Translations under genes and position numbers: made by a program
DNA from: Chlamydiae bacterium RIFCSPHIGHO2_12_FULL_49_11
GTDB taxonomy: Bacteria; Chlamydiota; Chlamydiia; Chlamydiales; 2-12-FULL-49-11
NCBI GenBank assembly: GCA_001794905.1
Contig: MGLW01000020.1
Location: 18,184 to 35,301, forward strand
Length of the DNA stretch: 17,118 bases
Direction: 5' to 3'
The notes under the pieces: model-generated
The model's database searches: none
What the model saw: only the letters and a program-made list of their open reading frames with translations
Told to the model about the DNA's origin: nothing
Shown: in pieces, positions 16,455-17,118 of the stretch
Layout: each line of letters begins with the position of its first letter
How positions within the stretch are numbered: position 1 is the first letter of the stretch

Positions 16455-17118
16455 TCAGCACTCCTCCGGAATAGTACGGCTGTGCGGATCGAGCATCGTG
16501 CCATCAAGGGCTTTTTCGATCTCCCGTTCGATTTCACGGGTCAAAATGTGTTCCATTTCGTTGGCACTTTGATGCACCTGCCGCACGTCCACGCTGAGGG
16601 CCTCAGCAAGAAAACTTTCCCAGAGTCTGTGTCTGCGCACAATTTGTCGGGCCTCTCGAGCACCGAGAGAGGTAATTTTGTACGCTCCGCCTTCCATAAT
16701 CAACCAGTCGCGCCGCATAAAAAAGAACAAAATCAATCTGAGCAGCGGTTTCCCCATGCCGAGTTTCTCATGCAGCTTGGCAAAGGAATACATCGCATCA
16801 TCGTAAAAAAAGAGTTTGATCACGTTTTCTTCATTCCGCTTGTATTGGAAGCGCCATTTGCGCACCGTTTCAACAAAGTAACCCCGTTTCGTGCCAAACA
16901 AAATTCCGCACAAGGCGAGCATCGAAGCAACAATCACAATCATGGGGCCGCTTGCCACCGTCCAGCGCAGTCCAAGCTCATTCTGAATCCATGTCGAAAG
17001 ATTGAGGGAGAGCATCATGCCGCAAAGGGCGCTCACGCCCCCGACCACAAGGGAAAGGAGGCAAAAGGGAAGGAGCGAACGGGTAAAAAAACGGGCAAAC
17101 ACGGCAGGAGCAACCATC
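16455..17118 (-). CDS. ytgC: YtgC permease fused to a C-terminal DtxR-family repressor YtgR (TroC/TroR-like), 5'-truncated by the window edge
   Basis: The last permease helices (APAVFAR..., SGPMIVIV) continue in frame into a wHTH and DtxR metal-binding region IVRRHRLWESFL...VHQSANEMEHILT...DPHSRTIP. Confidence 0.92.
   Translation of the reverse strand, partial: MVAPAVFARFFTRSLLPFCLLSLVVGGVSALCGMMLSLNLSTWIQNELGLRWTVASGPMIVIVASMLALCGILFGTKRGYFVETVRKWRFQYKRNEENVIKLFFYDDAMYSFAKLHEKLGMGKPLLRLILFFFMRRDWLIMEGGAYKITSLGAREARQIVRRHRLWESFLAEALSVDVRQVHQSANEMEHILTREIEREIEKALDGTMLDPHSRTIPEEC

Noticed and set aside
16454-16537. N-terminal extension of the 347-aa ytgD ORF
   Set aside because: It overlaps the ytgC 3' end. 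ATG 16453 has a GGAGGAG RBS and matches the expected N-terminus.

Overview
Chromosomal window from a member of Chlamydiota, most likely an environmental, non-Chlamydiaceae lineage. The assignment is inferred from a YtgC-YtgR fusion in a ytgC-ytgD-dxr-rseP operon, chlamydial-type HrcA, an Hc1-like histone and a ~1000-aa NAD-GDH. Plus strand, in order: 3' part of a P1B-4 heavy-metal ATPase, a large NAD-glutamate dehydrogenase, two orphan putative effectors that share an N-terminal motif (one with an Inc-like bilobed hydrophobic segment, one with a eukaryotic-type U-box E3 ligase domain), a CIRCE-controlled hrcA-grpE-dnaK operon with terminator, and a beta-barrel outer membrane protein. Minus strand: a tail-less Hc1-like protein, an orphan with a C-terminal PPxY motif, rseP, dxr, ytgD and the 3' part of ytgCR. 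Most notable: (i) the paralogous effector pair with a U-box domain, (ii) a Dxr that keeps its metal ligands but has many substitutions at normally invariant substrate-binding residues, (iii) a histone Hc1 with no Lys/Ala-rich tail, (iv) the PPxY orphan. No RNA genes, mobile elements or CRISPR arrays were seen. All family assignments come from motif recognition by eye, without database searches.
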